A stretch of DNA of 47,108 nucleotides from a virus (lineage: Duplodnaviria; Caudoviricetes), in IMG/VR virus record IMGVR_UViG_3300037467_000647, positions 1 to 47,108 of that record, one strand, 5' to 3'. Below are positions 8,716 to 18,374 of this stretch, one piece after another. The notes beneath the pieces were generated by a model. The model worked only from the letters and a program-made list of their open reading frames with translations, searched no databases and was not told the DNA's origin. Made by a program: the position numbers and the translations under genes. Each line of letters starts with the position of its first letter. The first letter of the stretch is position 1.

Positions 8716-10032
8716 ATGGAACTCAAAGATATTGCGCAAACCTTGGAAGAGCAAGGCCGAGCATTCGAAGCATTCAAGTCCGCCAATGATGCGCTGATCA
8801 AGGCGAAAGCCGAAGGAAAGGCAGTTGCCGATCTCGAAGCCAAGGTTGCGACGCTGTCCGAAGCGCTCGATACGTTGTCGGATGCCAAGGCCGCGATCGA
8901 AGAACTGCAGAAAAAGGCCAATCGGCCGAATGAGCAGGAATCCAAATCGGCCGTCGAACTCGCCGCCGAGACCAAGAGCTTCAACATCGCTCTGCGTGCT
9001 GATTATCAAAGCAAGGGACGCGCCTTCCCCGGCGAACTGTCGCCCGAGGCCTACACGCAGTACAAATCGGCCTTCTTCAAGGTATCGGTCGGCGTCAAGG
9101 AAGACCATCTGACCGCTGACGAGCGCAAGGCGCTGCAGGCCGGTTCCGATCCGGACGGCGGCTACCTGCTGCCGCATTCGACGCAAGGCCGCATGGTGTC
9201 GAAGCTCTACGAGCAGTCGATCATGCGCCAGATTGCATCGGTTCAGACGATTTCTACAGACAAGATCGAAGGCATTGTCGACAACGACGAAGCCGATGCT
9301 GGTTGGGTTTCCGAGCTGGGCGCCCGCACTGACAGCGGCACGCCGCAGGTCGGCAAATGGGAAATCCAGGCATTCGAGATGTACGCCATGCCGAAGGCAA
9401 GCCAGAAGATTCTAGACGATGCCGCTACCGACGTGGAAGCATGGCTCGCCGGCAAGGTGGCGGATAAGTTTGCCCGCGTCGAGGGCGCCGCATTCTGGAT
9501 TGGCACCGGCGCTGGTCAGCCGCGCGGACTTGCCGCGTATGCGACCGCAGCTACTGCTGACGATACACGCGCATGGGGCACCTTCGAGCATGTGAAGACC
9601 GGCACGAATGGCGACTTCAGCTCGACCACCAAGATGGACCCGCTGCAAGACCTGCAGGGCGCATTCAAGGATCAGTACCTGCAGAACGCCAACTGGGTGA
9701 TGCGCCGCGAAGTCCGCACCAAGGCGCGCAAGCTGAAAGAGGCAACGACCGACCGCTACTTGTGGGAGCCGTCGATGCAGATCGGCCAGCCGGAGCGCCT
9801 GAACGGTTATCCCGTGCGCGTCGATCAATACATGCCTGCGTTGGCGACCGATTCGCTGTCGCTCGCATTCGGCGACTTCAAGGAAGCCTATCAGATCGTC
9901 GATCGTATGGGCATCCGCACTCTGCGTGACCCCTACACCGCAAAGCCTTACGTCGTGTTCTACACGACTAAGCGCACCGGTGGTGGCGCGGTCAACTTCG
10001 AGGCTGTGAAGTTCCTGAAGTTCTCGGCCTAA
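8716..10032 (+). CDS. Major capsid protein, HK97 fold with delta domain
   Basis: AAGGA RBS; coiled-coil N-terminus; DGGYLLP, FGDF, RTGG motifs. Confidence 0.96.
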   Translation: MELKDIAQTLEEQGRAFEAFKSANDALIKAKAEGKAVADLEAKVATLSEALDTLSDAKAAIEELQKKANRPNEQESKSAVELAAETKSFNIALRADYQSKGRAFPGELSPEAYTQYKSAFFKVSVGVKEDHLTADERKALQAGSDPDGGYLLPHSTQGRMVSKLYEQSIMRQIASVQTISTDKIEGIVDNDEADAGWVSELGARTDSGTPQVGKWEIQAFEMYAMPKASQKILDDAATDVEAWLAGKVADKFARVEGAAFWIGTGAGQPRGLAAYATAATADDTRAWGTFEHVKTGTNGDFSSTTKMDPLQDLQGAFKDQYLQNANWVMRREVRTKARKLKEATTDRYLWEPSMQIGQPERLNGYPVRVDQYMPALATDSLSLAFGDFKEAYQIVDRMGIRTLRDPYTAKPYVVFYTTKRTGGGAVNFEAVKFLKFSA

Positions 10033-10080
10033 TCAATACCGGCCGGCCTTGTGCCGGCCAACTCCAGAAAGGATCTCGAA

Positions 10081-10506
10081 ATGAACAACGATTTGTTGAA
10101 CAATATTGACGTGAAACGAGTCATCAGTCCGGTTTCTGTCGCCGATACGACCGCCCAAGTCGGCCAGATCATCGACGGTCAGGGCTTTGGTAGCCTGACC
10201 TACCTGATCGCGACCGGCTCGATCGCCGACGCAGACGCCACCTTTGCGGTGCTACTGGAAGAAAGCGACGCGTCCGACATGACCGGTGCCGCGGCAGTTG
10301 CCGATGCCGACCTGATCGGCACCGAGGCATTGGCGGGATTCGTCTTCAGCGACGATGACAAGTGCCGCAAGCTCGGCTACAAGGGCAGCAAGCGTTATAC
10401 GCGCTTGACTATCACCCCTGCCGCCAATGCGTCCGCAGCGCTGTTTGCCGCTGTTGCTGTTCTTGGCAGCCCGTCGCTTGCACCGACCGCCAATCCGCCG
10501 GTCTAA
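10081..10506 (+). CDS. Head-associated (decoration) protein
   Basis: Directly after capsid; GYKGSKRYTRL motif. Confidence 0.65.
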   Translation: MNNDLLNNIDVKRVISPVSVADTTAQVGQIIDGQGFGSLTYLIATGSIADADATFAVLLEESDASDMTGAAAVADADLIGTEALAGFVFSDDDKCRKLGYKGSKRYTRLTITPAANASAALFAAVAVLGSPSLAPTANPPV

Positions 10507-10522
10507 GCAGTAGCAAGCCAAT

Positions 10523-10550
10523 AAAGAGCGTCCTTCGGGGCGCTCTTTTC
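10523..10550 (+). terminator. Intrinsic terminator
   Basis: AAGAGCGTCC-TTCG-GGGCGCTCTTTT. Confidence 0.75.
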
Positions 10551-10563
10551 ATTTGGGGAATCC

Positions 10564-11160
10564 ATGTCGCTGAAACTCATCGCCGCGCCGACCACTGAGC
10601 CGATCGATATAGATACGGCAAAGGCACATCTGCGGGTGGATACAACGGACGATGATGCGCTGATTACCGCTTTGATCGTCGCCGCGCGTGAAGGCGCCGA
10701 GCAGATCACCGGCCGCGCACTGATTTTGCAGACATGGGAACTGGCGCTGGATGGTTTCTGGGATCGAGAAGCGGTGCACGGGCGCCACGCATACCGCATC
10801 ACCCTGCCGAAGCCGCCGCTGGTATCAATCGCCAGCGTGAAGTACCTGGATGAATCCGGCGTGCTGCAGACGATGGCCGAATCCGACTACCTTCTGGACG
10901 ATCACAGCGAACCTGCGCGGCTGATGCCTGCGTATGGGACATGCTGGCCGGTCACGCGCTGCCAAGCAAATTCGGTGCTTATCAGATATGAAGCCGGCTA
11001 TGCCGATGCTGACTCGGTGCCGCAGCAAATCAAGAGTTGGATGCTGTTGCAGATCGGCGCCATGTATGAAAACCGCGAAAACGTCGCAGCGCTGACGAAC
11101 CTCGTGCAAATGCCGTTCGCTGATCGTCTGTTGGATGCCAGTCGCATCTGGAGTATGTAA
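10564..11160 (+). CDS. Head-tail connector (gp6-like)
   Basis: AKAHLRVD, AAREGAE, YENRE motifs. Confidence 0.9.
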   Translation: MSLKLIAAPTTEPIDIDTAKAHLRVDTTDDDALITALIVAAREGAEQITGRALILQTWELALDGFWDREAVHGRHAYRITLPKPPLVSIASVKYLDESGVLQTMAESDYLLDDHSEPARLMPAYGTCWPVTRCQANSVLIRYEAGYADADSVPQQIKSWMLLQIGAMYENRENVAALTNLVQMPFADRLLDASRIWSM

Positions 11161-11480
11161 TGCAAGCCGGAAGACTGCGCAACCGCATCACGATCCAGTC
11201 GCTGCAGAGCGGTCAAGATGAAATCGGCCAGCCGGTAACGACTTGGGCCGATGTCGCGACAGTCTGGGCTGACATTCGCTATCTGTCAGGTGTCGAGTCG
11301 ATCAAGTCGGACGCCGAAGCGTCGATTGTGAAGGTAAGCATCCGAATTCGGCGTCGCACTGACGTCACTGCGGCAATGCGCGTAGTTTTTGGCACGACCA
11401 AGTTTCAAATCAAGGCAGTGCTTCCTGATGAGCAGGCGCGTGAACGGCTGGACTTGTCCTGCGAGGTCGTGAATGGCTGA
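11160..11480 (+). CDS. Head closure protein
   Basis: AGRLRNRITIQ...VWADI motif. Confidence 0.9.
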   Translation: MQAGRLRNRITIQSLQSGQDEIGQPVTTWADVATVWADIRYLSGVESIKSDAEASIVKVSIRIRRRTDVTAAMRVVFGTTKFQIKAVLPDEQARERLDLSCEVVNG

Positions 11481-11943
11481 TGCATTCCGCATGGGCTTTG
11501 ATTTCAGCACAACGGATGACGCGCTAGATCGACTTGTCGATGGGATGAAGGCAGAGACGCGCCCTGGGGCGCAAGCCGCTGCGCAAGTGTTCTACGACGA
11601 AGCAAAGGTACGCGTCCCGGTTTCACTGAAGGGCCACTTTTTCTACGGATCGTCGTTCAAGAAAACAGGCCAGAAATACTATTTCGAGCCGGAGAGTCTG
11701 AAAGGCGCGATTTATCAGGTCTTCAGCAAAGACAACAGCGACGAAAAAAAGAGCACGTATCACATTGCGTGGAACCACCAGAAGGTGCCTTACGGTTTTA
11801 TGGTCGAGTTCGGCACTAGCAGAGCGCCGGCACATCCATTCCTTCGGCCGTCGTTTGATGCGAGAGCGAATGATGCGATTGAGGCGGGGAAGGCGAGATA
11901 TGCGCAAGGCTACCAAGAGGTTGTCGCGGGGCTGAGATCATGA
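11473..11943 (+). CDS. HK97 gp10-family neck/tail protein
   Basis: VEFGTSRAPAHPFLRPSFD. Confidence 0.9.
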   Translation: MADAFRMGFDFSTTDDALDRLVDGMKAETRPGAQAAAQVFYDEAKVRVPVSLKGHFFYGSSFKKTGQKYYFEPESLKGAIYQVFSKDNSDEKKSTYHIAWNHQKVPYGFMVEFGTSRAPAHPFLRPSFDARANDAIEAGKARYAQGYQEVVAGLRS

Positions 11944-12311
11944 CTGTTGAAGCCGATCTGTTTCTGGCACTCAAGTCGCTTGTCACCGCAGACGCGAACG
12001 GTATTTTCTCGATATTCCCGGATGTCGCCCCGGCCGGAACTGCTGTGCCTTATCTGACATTCCAACAAGTGGGCGGGCAGGTGGTTAGCTTCATGGAGTC
12101 CGCTGTAGTAGGCAAGCGCAACGGACGCTTCCAGTTGAATTGCTGGGCCAGCACGCGCGCTGCTGCCGCTGCTTTGTCACGCCAAGTTGAAGATGCGCTC
12201 GTGACCAATACAACGCTGCGCGCAATCCCGATCGGCGCACCGATTGCAACGTATGAAGAAGACACGCTCCTGTACGGAACATCGCAGGATTTCAGCATCT
12301 GGTTCGAATAA
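11940..12311 (+). CDS. Tail terminator (DUF3168-like)
   Basis: PYLTFQQVGG and RFQLNCWA motifs; position. Confidence 0.85.
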   Translation: MTVEADLFLALKSLVTADANGIFSIFPDVAPAGTAVPYLTFQQVGGQVVSFMESAVVGKRNGRFQLNCWASTRAAAAALSRQVEDALVTNTTLRAIPIGAPIATYEEDTLLYGTSQDFSIWFE

Positions 12312-12348
12312 CCTGTGAAAATACAAAAACTAAAAATAGGAGAGGCGC

Positions 12349-12606
12349 ATGAATGACTTCGCGTTGTTTTCTTGGTGGCCGAATGAGGCGGCTGGTGGGT
12401 TCGACGACTTCGTTATGCGCGGAACTCTCGAAGAATGCAAGCGTGCTTATGAGTTGATTTATCAAGAGCAAGGATCGGATCCTGAGGCACACATTGTCGA
12501 CCTGCAGACGATGAAAATAATCTTTGAGACGGATTTCAAGTATTTGAGGAGCCCGCTTGTTGGCGGGGAAGATAAGAGATGGTACGAATGGATCTCCCGT
12601 AAGTAG
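12349..12606 (+). CDS. Moron, hypothetical 85-aa protein inserted in the tail operon
   Basis: AT-rich leader, AGGAG RBS, own terminator. Confidence 0.7.
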   Translation: MNDFALFSWWPNEAAGGFDDFVMRGTLEECKRAYELIYQEQGSDPEAHIVDLQTMKIIFETDFKYLRSPLVGGEDKRWYEWISRK

Positions 12607-12626
12607 TTTCAAGACGATTTTTCAAA

Positions 12627-12653
12627 GGCTCGCTTCGGCGGGCCTTTTTATTT
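12627..12653 (+). terminator. Intrinsic terminator after the moron
   Basis: GGCTCGC-TTCG-GCGGGCC followed by T runs. Confidence 0.75.
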
Positions 12654-12738
12654 TCTAACCGCCATTTCCGGCGACCACCAAGCGAGCCGCCTAGAGCGGC
12701 CTTCTTTATGCAGCCTCACTCCATGGAGTCTCGTTGAC

Positions 12739-12831
12739 GTGAATAGCACAACCAAAGAACTGCACGAAACACTTATTCGTCTGCTCAAGGGCTGCTTGAG
12801 CGCGTGGGAGAAGTGGCTCACAAAACAGTAA
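12739..12831 (+). CDS. 30-aa amphipathic peptide MNSTTKELHETLIRLLKGCLSAWEKWLTKQ
   Basis: GTG start with GGAG upstream inside palindrome ACTCCATGGAGT; helical periodicity. Confidence 0.55.
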   Translation: MNSTTKELHETLIRLLKGCLSAWEKWLTKQ

Positions 12832-12937
12832 CAACGCAACACTGCCTCGCGGCGCGCAATGTAAAGCGCGCGCCAAATGCCTCGCAGAAATCAATCGCCG
12901 CCTACGGGCGGTTTTTCATTTCTGAAAGGTATTAATC

Positions 12938-13585
12938 ATGTCCGTGAAACTCCCGAACGGCGGCACATTCGCCATTGCATCTGCATACGGCTCGGCAATT
13001 ACTGTCTCGGCCATCACCAACGCCAACCCCGGCGTGGTCACCGCAACGGCGCACGGCCTTGTTGATGGCGACATCGTTGAGGTGACTTCTGGCTGGGCAA
13101 AACTGAACAATCGCATTGTTCGAGTTGCAGCATCCGATACGAACACGTTCCAAATTGAGGGCGTCGACACATCGGACACCACGTCTTACCCGCCTGGCGC
13201 AGGAACGGGCAGCGTTCGCAAGGTAACGACCTTTGTACAGATGGCTCAGATCCTCAATACCGCAACCAGCGGCGGCGAACAGCAATTCGCAACCTACCAA
13301 TTCTTGGAAAGCGATGAGCAATCCGAAATCCCGACCAACAAAAGCCCGCGCCGGCTCACGCTTACCCTGGCTGATGATCCTACTTTGCCGGGCTACGTGG
13401 AAGCCGCGAAGGCAAACGAAGATCGTCTTGTGCGCGCAATTCGTTTCTCTCTGGCTGGCGGCAGCTTCATCTATTACAACGGCTTTGTCTCGATAAACGA
13501 GACGCCAAGCACCACGCAAAATGAAGTGATGGCGGTGGTCGCAACCATTGCTGTGCAAGGCCGCGCAACTCGTTACGCATCCTGA
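12938..13585 (+). CDS. Major tail tube protein
   Basis: Phage_tail_3-like pattern (LPNG, TSGWAKLNNR, SGGEQQF, DDPTLPGY). Confidence 0.9.
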   Translation: MSVKLPNGGTFAIASAYGSAITVSAITNANPGVVTATAHGLVDGDIVEVTSGWAKLNNRIVRVAASDTNTFQIEGVDTSDTTSYPPGAGTGSVRKVTTFVQMAQILNTATSGGEQQFATYQFLESDEQSEIPTNKSPRRLTLTLADDPTLPGYVEAAKANEDRLVRAIRFSLAGGSFIYYNGFVSINETPSTTQNEVMAVVATIAVQGRATRYAS

Positions 13586-13587
13586 TC

Positions 13588-13899
13588 ATGGCAAAACTCA
13601 AGTTGAACCCCGATCCCACCTTCAAAGCGAAGGTGACGATTGCTGCTGCTGGCAGCGATGTCGATCCAGTCGAATTCACCTTCAAGCACCGGACGCGCGA
13701 CGAGATGGATGCGTTCTTCAAGTCGTCGGAGGATTTGCGCGACGCAAAGCTCATTCTCGAAATGGCGACCGGCTGGGAACTGGTAGATGCGTTCACCGAA
13801 GAAAATCTGAACAAGCTTGCGCAGAACTACATCACCGCGCCGCAGGCGATTTTCGAGGCCTATGTCACTGAACTGGTAAAGGCCCGCGAAAAAAACTGA
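13588..13899 (+). CDS. Tail assembly chaperone (G-like)
   Basis: PTFKAKVTI..VEFTFKHR; ends at a slippery site. Confidence 0.9.
   Translation: MAKLKLNPDPTFKAKVTIAAAGSDVDPVEFTFKHRTRDEMDAFFKSSEDLRDAKLILEMATGWELVDAFTEENLNKLAQNYITAPQAIFEAYVTELVKAREKN
13890..13896 (+). other. Programmed -1 frameshift site A AAA AAC
   Basis: X XXY YYZ heptamer before the stop; the downstream ORF is in the -1 frame. Confidence 0.85.
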
Positions 13900-14213
13900 T
13901 GGAGGCGGGCGCTGCTCTTTACGCCGAAGGCCCAACCGCTGCGGAGGCTGCGGAATGGGGCTTGACGGTTGAAGAAGCGAGCGGCCCGCCTGTCGATGTT
14001 TGGCCCGACAACCTGCCTGCAGTGAATATGTTCATCGCAATGGGCACCCAATGGCGCCATGCAGGCATGGATGGCTTTCGTACTGGTCTGGACTACAACG
14101 TTCTTTACCGACGTATGGACAGGTTGGGACTTTCGCCAGAACGGTATGACCAGATGGAAGACGACATACGCATTCTTGAGGATGCGGCGTTGGCAAAGAT
14201 GCGCGAAAAATGA
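13899..14213 (+). CDS. Tail chaperone GT extension (DUF1799-like)
   Basis: VWPDN..TQWR..GLDY motif. Confidence 0.85.
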   Translation: MEAGAALYAEGPTAAEAAEWGLTVEEASGPPVDVWPDNLPAVNMFIAMGTQWRHAGMDGFRTGLDYNVLYRRMDRLGLSPERYDQMEDDIRILEDAALAKMREK

Positions 14214-14226
14214 CTAAGGGAGCGAC

Positions 14227-17103
14227 ATGTCGGATGTAATCGGTACAGCCAAGATCGTCGCGGAGCTTGATAGCTCCGGCGTTGAGGTTGGCGCTGCCAA
14301 GGGTAAGCGTGCCCTTGCTGACCTTGGCGTCAGTGCATCCAAGGCTGGAAAGCAGGCATCGGACGGAATCGCGGTTATCGGGAAAGGCGGCGACCAGGCC
14401 GCGCAGAAGGTCGATGCTGCCACCCGCAATATGATCGGCTCCATCCAGCGGCAAATCGCCGCGATGGAGGCTGGCTCCAAAAGCGGTTCCGAGTATTACA
14501 AGGTACTGGCCGGGCAGCGCGGGGTTGATACGACTGCGCTCAAGCCGTACCTGGACCAGTTGGATGCGGCGGCTAACAAGCAGGGCAAAGCCGGTGTTTC
14601 TGCCGCGCAGATGGCAAACAATCTGCGCATGGTCGGCCCGCAGGTCACAGACATCGTAACCAGCCTGCAGGCTGGACAGAAGCCGCTCACTGTATTCATT
14701 CAGCAGGGTGGGCAGTTGAAGGATGTGTTCGGCGGCATTGGCCCTGCTGCGAAGGCGTTAGGCGGATATGTGCTTGGATTGGTCAATCCCTATACCCTTG
14801 CGGCCGGTGCCGCCGCCGCCTTGGGCTACGCCTTCTATGAGGGGTCTAAGCAGAGCAAGGAGTTCGCTGAAGCGCTTGCAAAAACCGGCGACTATGCCGG
14901 GAAGACGGAAGGGCAATTCAATGACCTGGTAAAGCAAATCAGCGCCGGTAGCATGGCGACGGTTGGCACGGCCCGCGAGCTCGCACAAGCACTCATCAGC
15001 ACCGGGCAAATCAGCGCACAAACGTTCAATAGCGCAGCAGCAGCCGCAGCAAGCTACACACAAATCACTGGAAAAACTGCGGAGGACGTTGCTAAAGATT
15101 TCGCGAAAATGGCGAGCGAGCCGGCGAAATTTGCGGTGGAGATCAACCGGTCCATGAACCTTATTACCGCAAAACAGTATGAGGCAATCAAAGCGTTCGA
15201 GGAAAATGGACGCGCTGCAGATGCGCAAGGGATCATTTATGACGCGCTGAACCAGCGTGCGGCCCGGTTGGAAAGCGGTCTTGGATCGATCGAGAAGGCG
15301 CTTATCAGTGGAAAGAAGGCTTGGTCCGAATATTGGGATAAAGCTTTCAACGTTGGACGCGAAGAGACTTCCGAGGAAAAGCTGGCAAAGCTTGATCGAC
15401 AGATAGAGAACGCTAAGAAGCTCGTCAGCTCTGGCGGCCGCGCATCTCTCGGAATGACCAAGGAACAGCAGGATGAGTTTCTAAATGCCGGCACTGTTCA
15501 GAAGCGTGCCGCACTCGTAAAGCAGATTTTCCGAGAGCAGGAAAACGCTTATGCAGAATCTCTGAACGCCGAAATCAATAAGCAAGGAATTGCCGCAAGC
15601 TCGGTGGTTGATGGCTATCTGAAGCGGGCAAAAAGCGTTGACGAATACAAGAAAAAGCTCGACGAGCTGAATCAAAGCTTTCGTTCCAAGGAGATGTCCG
15701 GCACGCCTGTAAGCGACGCAGATAAGAAATTGGCGCTCGACCAGCTAAAGAAGGATTTCACAAACAAAAGCGCAATCAATGCGAGCTTGCAGATTGACAA
15801 GGCAAAATCCGGTCTTGACGTTGCTACGATCAAAGCCGCGAACGACCAACTGGTTGCCAGCTATACCAATACCGAGAAAATTCTTGAGGCGCAACATGCC
15901 GCAGGATTGATCAGTGACCGCGACTACTACGACCAAAAGCGCGATCTAATCAGCAAAGAATCTGTGGCCGAAGCCGACGCGATGCAGCGGGAAATTGATC
16001 GCTTAAAGCAGCGTAAATTGAGCGGAGCAGACGCGCTCAATAACGAAAAAGACATCGTAGAGAAAGAGGCGAAACTTGCGATATTGCGCGGGAACACCGC
16101 AACGAATATCAGGCTCCTGAATGAACAGCAGGCGGACTCCGTTAAAAGGCTCAGTCTGTCGTATTTGACGGCGCGCCAAGCAGCACAAGACTATTTCGAT
16201 ACGCTCAACCGACAGCAGCAGCGCGCCCTTGCGGGACTTGGGCAAGGTGCACAGAAGCGTAATTTTGACTCTGGCGTTAGCCAGATCGAAGACCGCTATG
16301 CCGGTCAGCGCCGCGATTTGGAGAACCAAAAGGCGCAGCTGGAACTGGAAGGTAAGTTCACCGAAGATGCGCGCGCACAGTACGACAAACGCCTGTCAAT
16401 TATTGATGAGTTCCAGAAAAAGTCCATCGCATCATATGCCGATTATTACTCGGAGCTGATGAAGAAGCAGGGCGACTGGGCGCTCGGCGCATCGGAAGGG
16501 CTGAACAACTATCTGGACGACGCGCGCAATGTCTTCAAGCAGACGGAAAACCTTGTCGGCGATGCGTTCGGCGGCATGGAAGACGCGCTGGTGAATTTTG
16601 TCCAGACGGGGAAATTGTCGTTCGGCGATCTCACGAAAACCATTATTGCCGATCTGGCGCGCATGGAAATCAAAGCGCTTGCATCGAAGATATTTGGTGG
16701 CGGAGGCAGTAGCGGCGGGAGCGGGAGTTACCTTAGTTCGATCGGAGGCGCGCTATTCAGCGGGTATTCCGCTGGGTCGGGTGGTGGAGTCGGTCTGACG
16801 ACTGGCGGTATGAGCCTCGCCGACTATGGGCTTGCTGGTGGATACGCCGATGGCGGCGACCCTCCGGTCGGAAAAGTCTCGCTGGTCGGTGAGCGCGGCC
16901 CTGAGTTGTTTATTCCAAAGACGGCAGGCACCATCATCCCCAACGATAAGTTGGGAGGTAAGGCGACGACCATTACCTATGCGCCAGTCATCAATATCGA
17001 CAGCCGCACGGATCGCGCTCAAATACAACAAGATGTGCAGCGCCAAATTCAGGCAGGGCATGCGCAACTAGTTGACCAACTTCAGCGGGCGAGGGTGCTA
17101 TGA
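14227..17103 (+). CDS. Tape measure protein, lambda family
   Basis: QQGGQLKDVFGG, long coiled coil, VGERGPELFIP C-terminus. Confidence 0.95.
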   Translation: MSDVIGTAKIVAELDSSGVEVGAAKGKRALADLGVSASKAGKQASDGIAVIGKGGDQAAQKVDAATRNMIGSIQRQIAAMEAGSKSGSEYYKVLAGQRGVDTTALKPYLDQLDAAANKQGKAGVSAAQMANNLRMVGPQVTDIVTSLQAGQKPLTVFIQQGGQLKDVFGGIGPAAKALGGYVLGLVNPYTLAAGAAAALGYAFYEGSKQSKEFAEALAKTGDYAGKTEGQFNDLVKQISAGSMATVGTARELAQALISTGQISAQTFNSAAAAAASYTQITGKTAEDVAKDFAKMASEPAKFAVEINRSMNLITAKQYEAIKAFEENGRAADAQGIIYDALNQRAARLESGLGSIEKALISGKKAWSEYWDKAFNVGREETSEEKLAKLDRQIENAKKLVSSGGRASLGMTKEQQDEFLNAGTVQKRAALVKQIFREQENAYAESLNAEINKQGIAASSVVDGYLKRAKSVDEYKKKLDELNQSFRSKEMSGTPVSDADKKLALDQLKKDFTNKSAINASLQIDKAKSGLDVATIKAANDQLVASYTNTEKILEAQHAAGLISDRDYYDQKRDLISKESVAEADAMQREIDRLKQRKLSGADALNNEKDIVEKEAKLAILRGNTATNIRLLNEQQADSVKRLSLSYLTARQAAQDYFDTLNRQQQRALAGLGQGAQKRNFDSGVSQIEDRYAGQRRDLENQKAQLELEGKFTEDARAQYDKRLSIIDEFQKKSIASYADYYSELMKKQGDWALGASEGLNNYLDDARNVFKQTENLVGDAFGGMEDALVNFVQTGKLSFGDLTKTIIADLARMEIKALASKIFGGGGSSGGSGSYLSSIGGALFSGYSAGSGGGVGLTTGGMSLADYGLAGGYADGGDPPVGKVSLVGERGPELFIPKTAGTIIPNDKLGGKATTITYAPVINIDSRTDRAQIQQDVQRQIQAGHAQLVDQLQRARVL

Positions 17104-17711
17104 GCGTCATCATATGGCCCGGCCTGAAGGTTTCCTCGTTCCGCTGGAAGAAGACAAATCAGGCAATTTCTTTCGGAAGCGCGTTCGGCTCGCAATCAGT
17201 TGATGTTTCTCCTGCTGTATGGACTGTTGAGCTTTCCGGTACCCCGCAATATTGGGCTGAAGCAGTATCCACGGAAGTATTTCTTGAGTCACTCAATGGC
17301 TACACGAATCAATTGGAACTCTGGAATCTCATTCGCCAAGTTCCGACCGGGACCATGCGCGGCACGATGGTTTTTGCTGCCGACGTCGCCCAAGGCGATG
17401 TTTCGATCCAGATCAGTGCTGGTGCCGGTGAGGCTGGAAAGACGCTTCTCAAAGGCGACCTGATTGGGTTTGGTAATGGCGTGACGCAACAGGTGGTTCG
17501 GATCGACGCGGACGCCGAGGCTGATGTCTCGGGGAATATCACCGTCAGCGTCAGCACGCCAGTGCGCAACGCTTTCGCCACCGGAGATTCCATCACATGG
17601 AATAAGCCAAAAGCGCTTTTCCGGCAGAAGAGCCTGAACGACGGTATCGAATATGGCGCAGTCATCGGGCAGCCGTGGAGTTTATCGATAATCGAAGACT
17701 GGCGCCCATAG
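17100..17711 (+). CDS. Distal tail protein (putative)
   Basis: Immediately after the tape measure gene; beta-rich. Confidence 0.65.
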   Translation: MSVIIWPGLKVSSFRWKKTNQAISFGSAFGSQSVDVSPAVWTVELSGTPQYWAEAVSTEVFLESLNGYTNQLELWNLIRQVPTGTMRGTMVFAADVAQGDVSIQISAGAGEAGKTLLKGDLIGFGNGVTQQVVRIDADAEADVSGNITVSVSTPVRNAFATGDSITWNKPKALFRQKSLNDGIEYGAVIGQPWSLSIIEDWRP

Positions 17712-17725
17712 ATTAAGGAAAGAGC

Positions 17726-18343
17726 ATGACAACGATCACCACATATGCAGGCAAGGGTTCGCAGCTAACAACTGCAGAGGTGGATGCAAACTTCAACAAT
17801 CTGAACGCCGACAAAGCTGAGGCAGCCGATCTCGCAGGCAAAGCCGAAGCGGGGGCGAATAGCGACATTACCAGTCTAACCGCACTTACGCCAGGCGGGC
17901 TTCCAAGCGGGTCTATCACCCAATCTACGTTAGCGGCAAACGTATCTGGAACCGGGCCGGTATTTATTGTTTCTGCTCCATCGCAGACAATTCCAACTTC
18001 CACTTATACAAAATTTCTATACTCAGTAAATACCGGCGGAACGAGCTATTTCGATACAGCGAACGCCAAATTTCTCGCCGGCGTTGCAGGATGGTATCAG
18101 TTCAATGTATCGGTAAATATCAGTGGTGGCGCGTCGTCTGAATGCGTAATAGAAGTACTAAAAAATGGCGCGCATTACGACTATATCTACGACTGCGCGA
18201 TCGCCAGTGCCCTATCGTTTTCGGTTCCATTCTTCATGCCTCTTTTGGCGACTGACTATATCGAAATTAAATTCTATCAAGGGTCAGGATCAAATAAATC
18301 ATGCACATCAACGTTGTCCGGCTTTTTAGCGCGGGCTGCGTGA
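17726..18343 (+). CDS. Short fibre/receptor-binding protein with C1q/TNF-like C-terminal domain
   Basis: KGSQLTTAEVDANF N-terminus; FDTANAKF...GWYQFNVSV C1q-like strands. Confidence 0.6.
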   Translation: MTTITTYAGKGSQLTTAEVDANFNNLNADKAEAADLAGKAEAGANSDITSLTALTPGGLPSGSITQSTLAANVSGTGPVFIVSAPSQTIPTSTYTKFLYSVNTGGTSYFDTANAKFLAGVAGWYQFNVSVNISGGASSECVIEVLKNGAHYDYIYDCAIASALSFSVPFFMPLLATDYIEIKFYQGSGSNKSCTSTLSGFLARAA

Positions 18344-18374
18344 TGTCGAAGACGGCATTTACTGGGGATGATCA

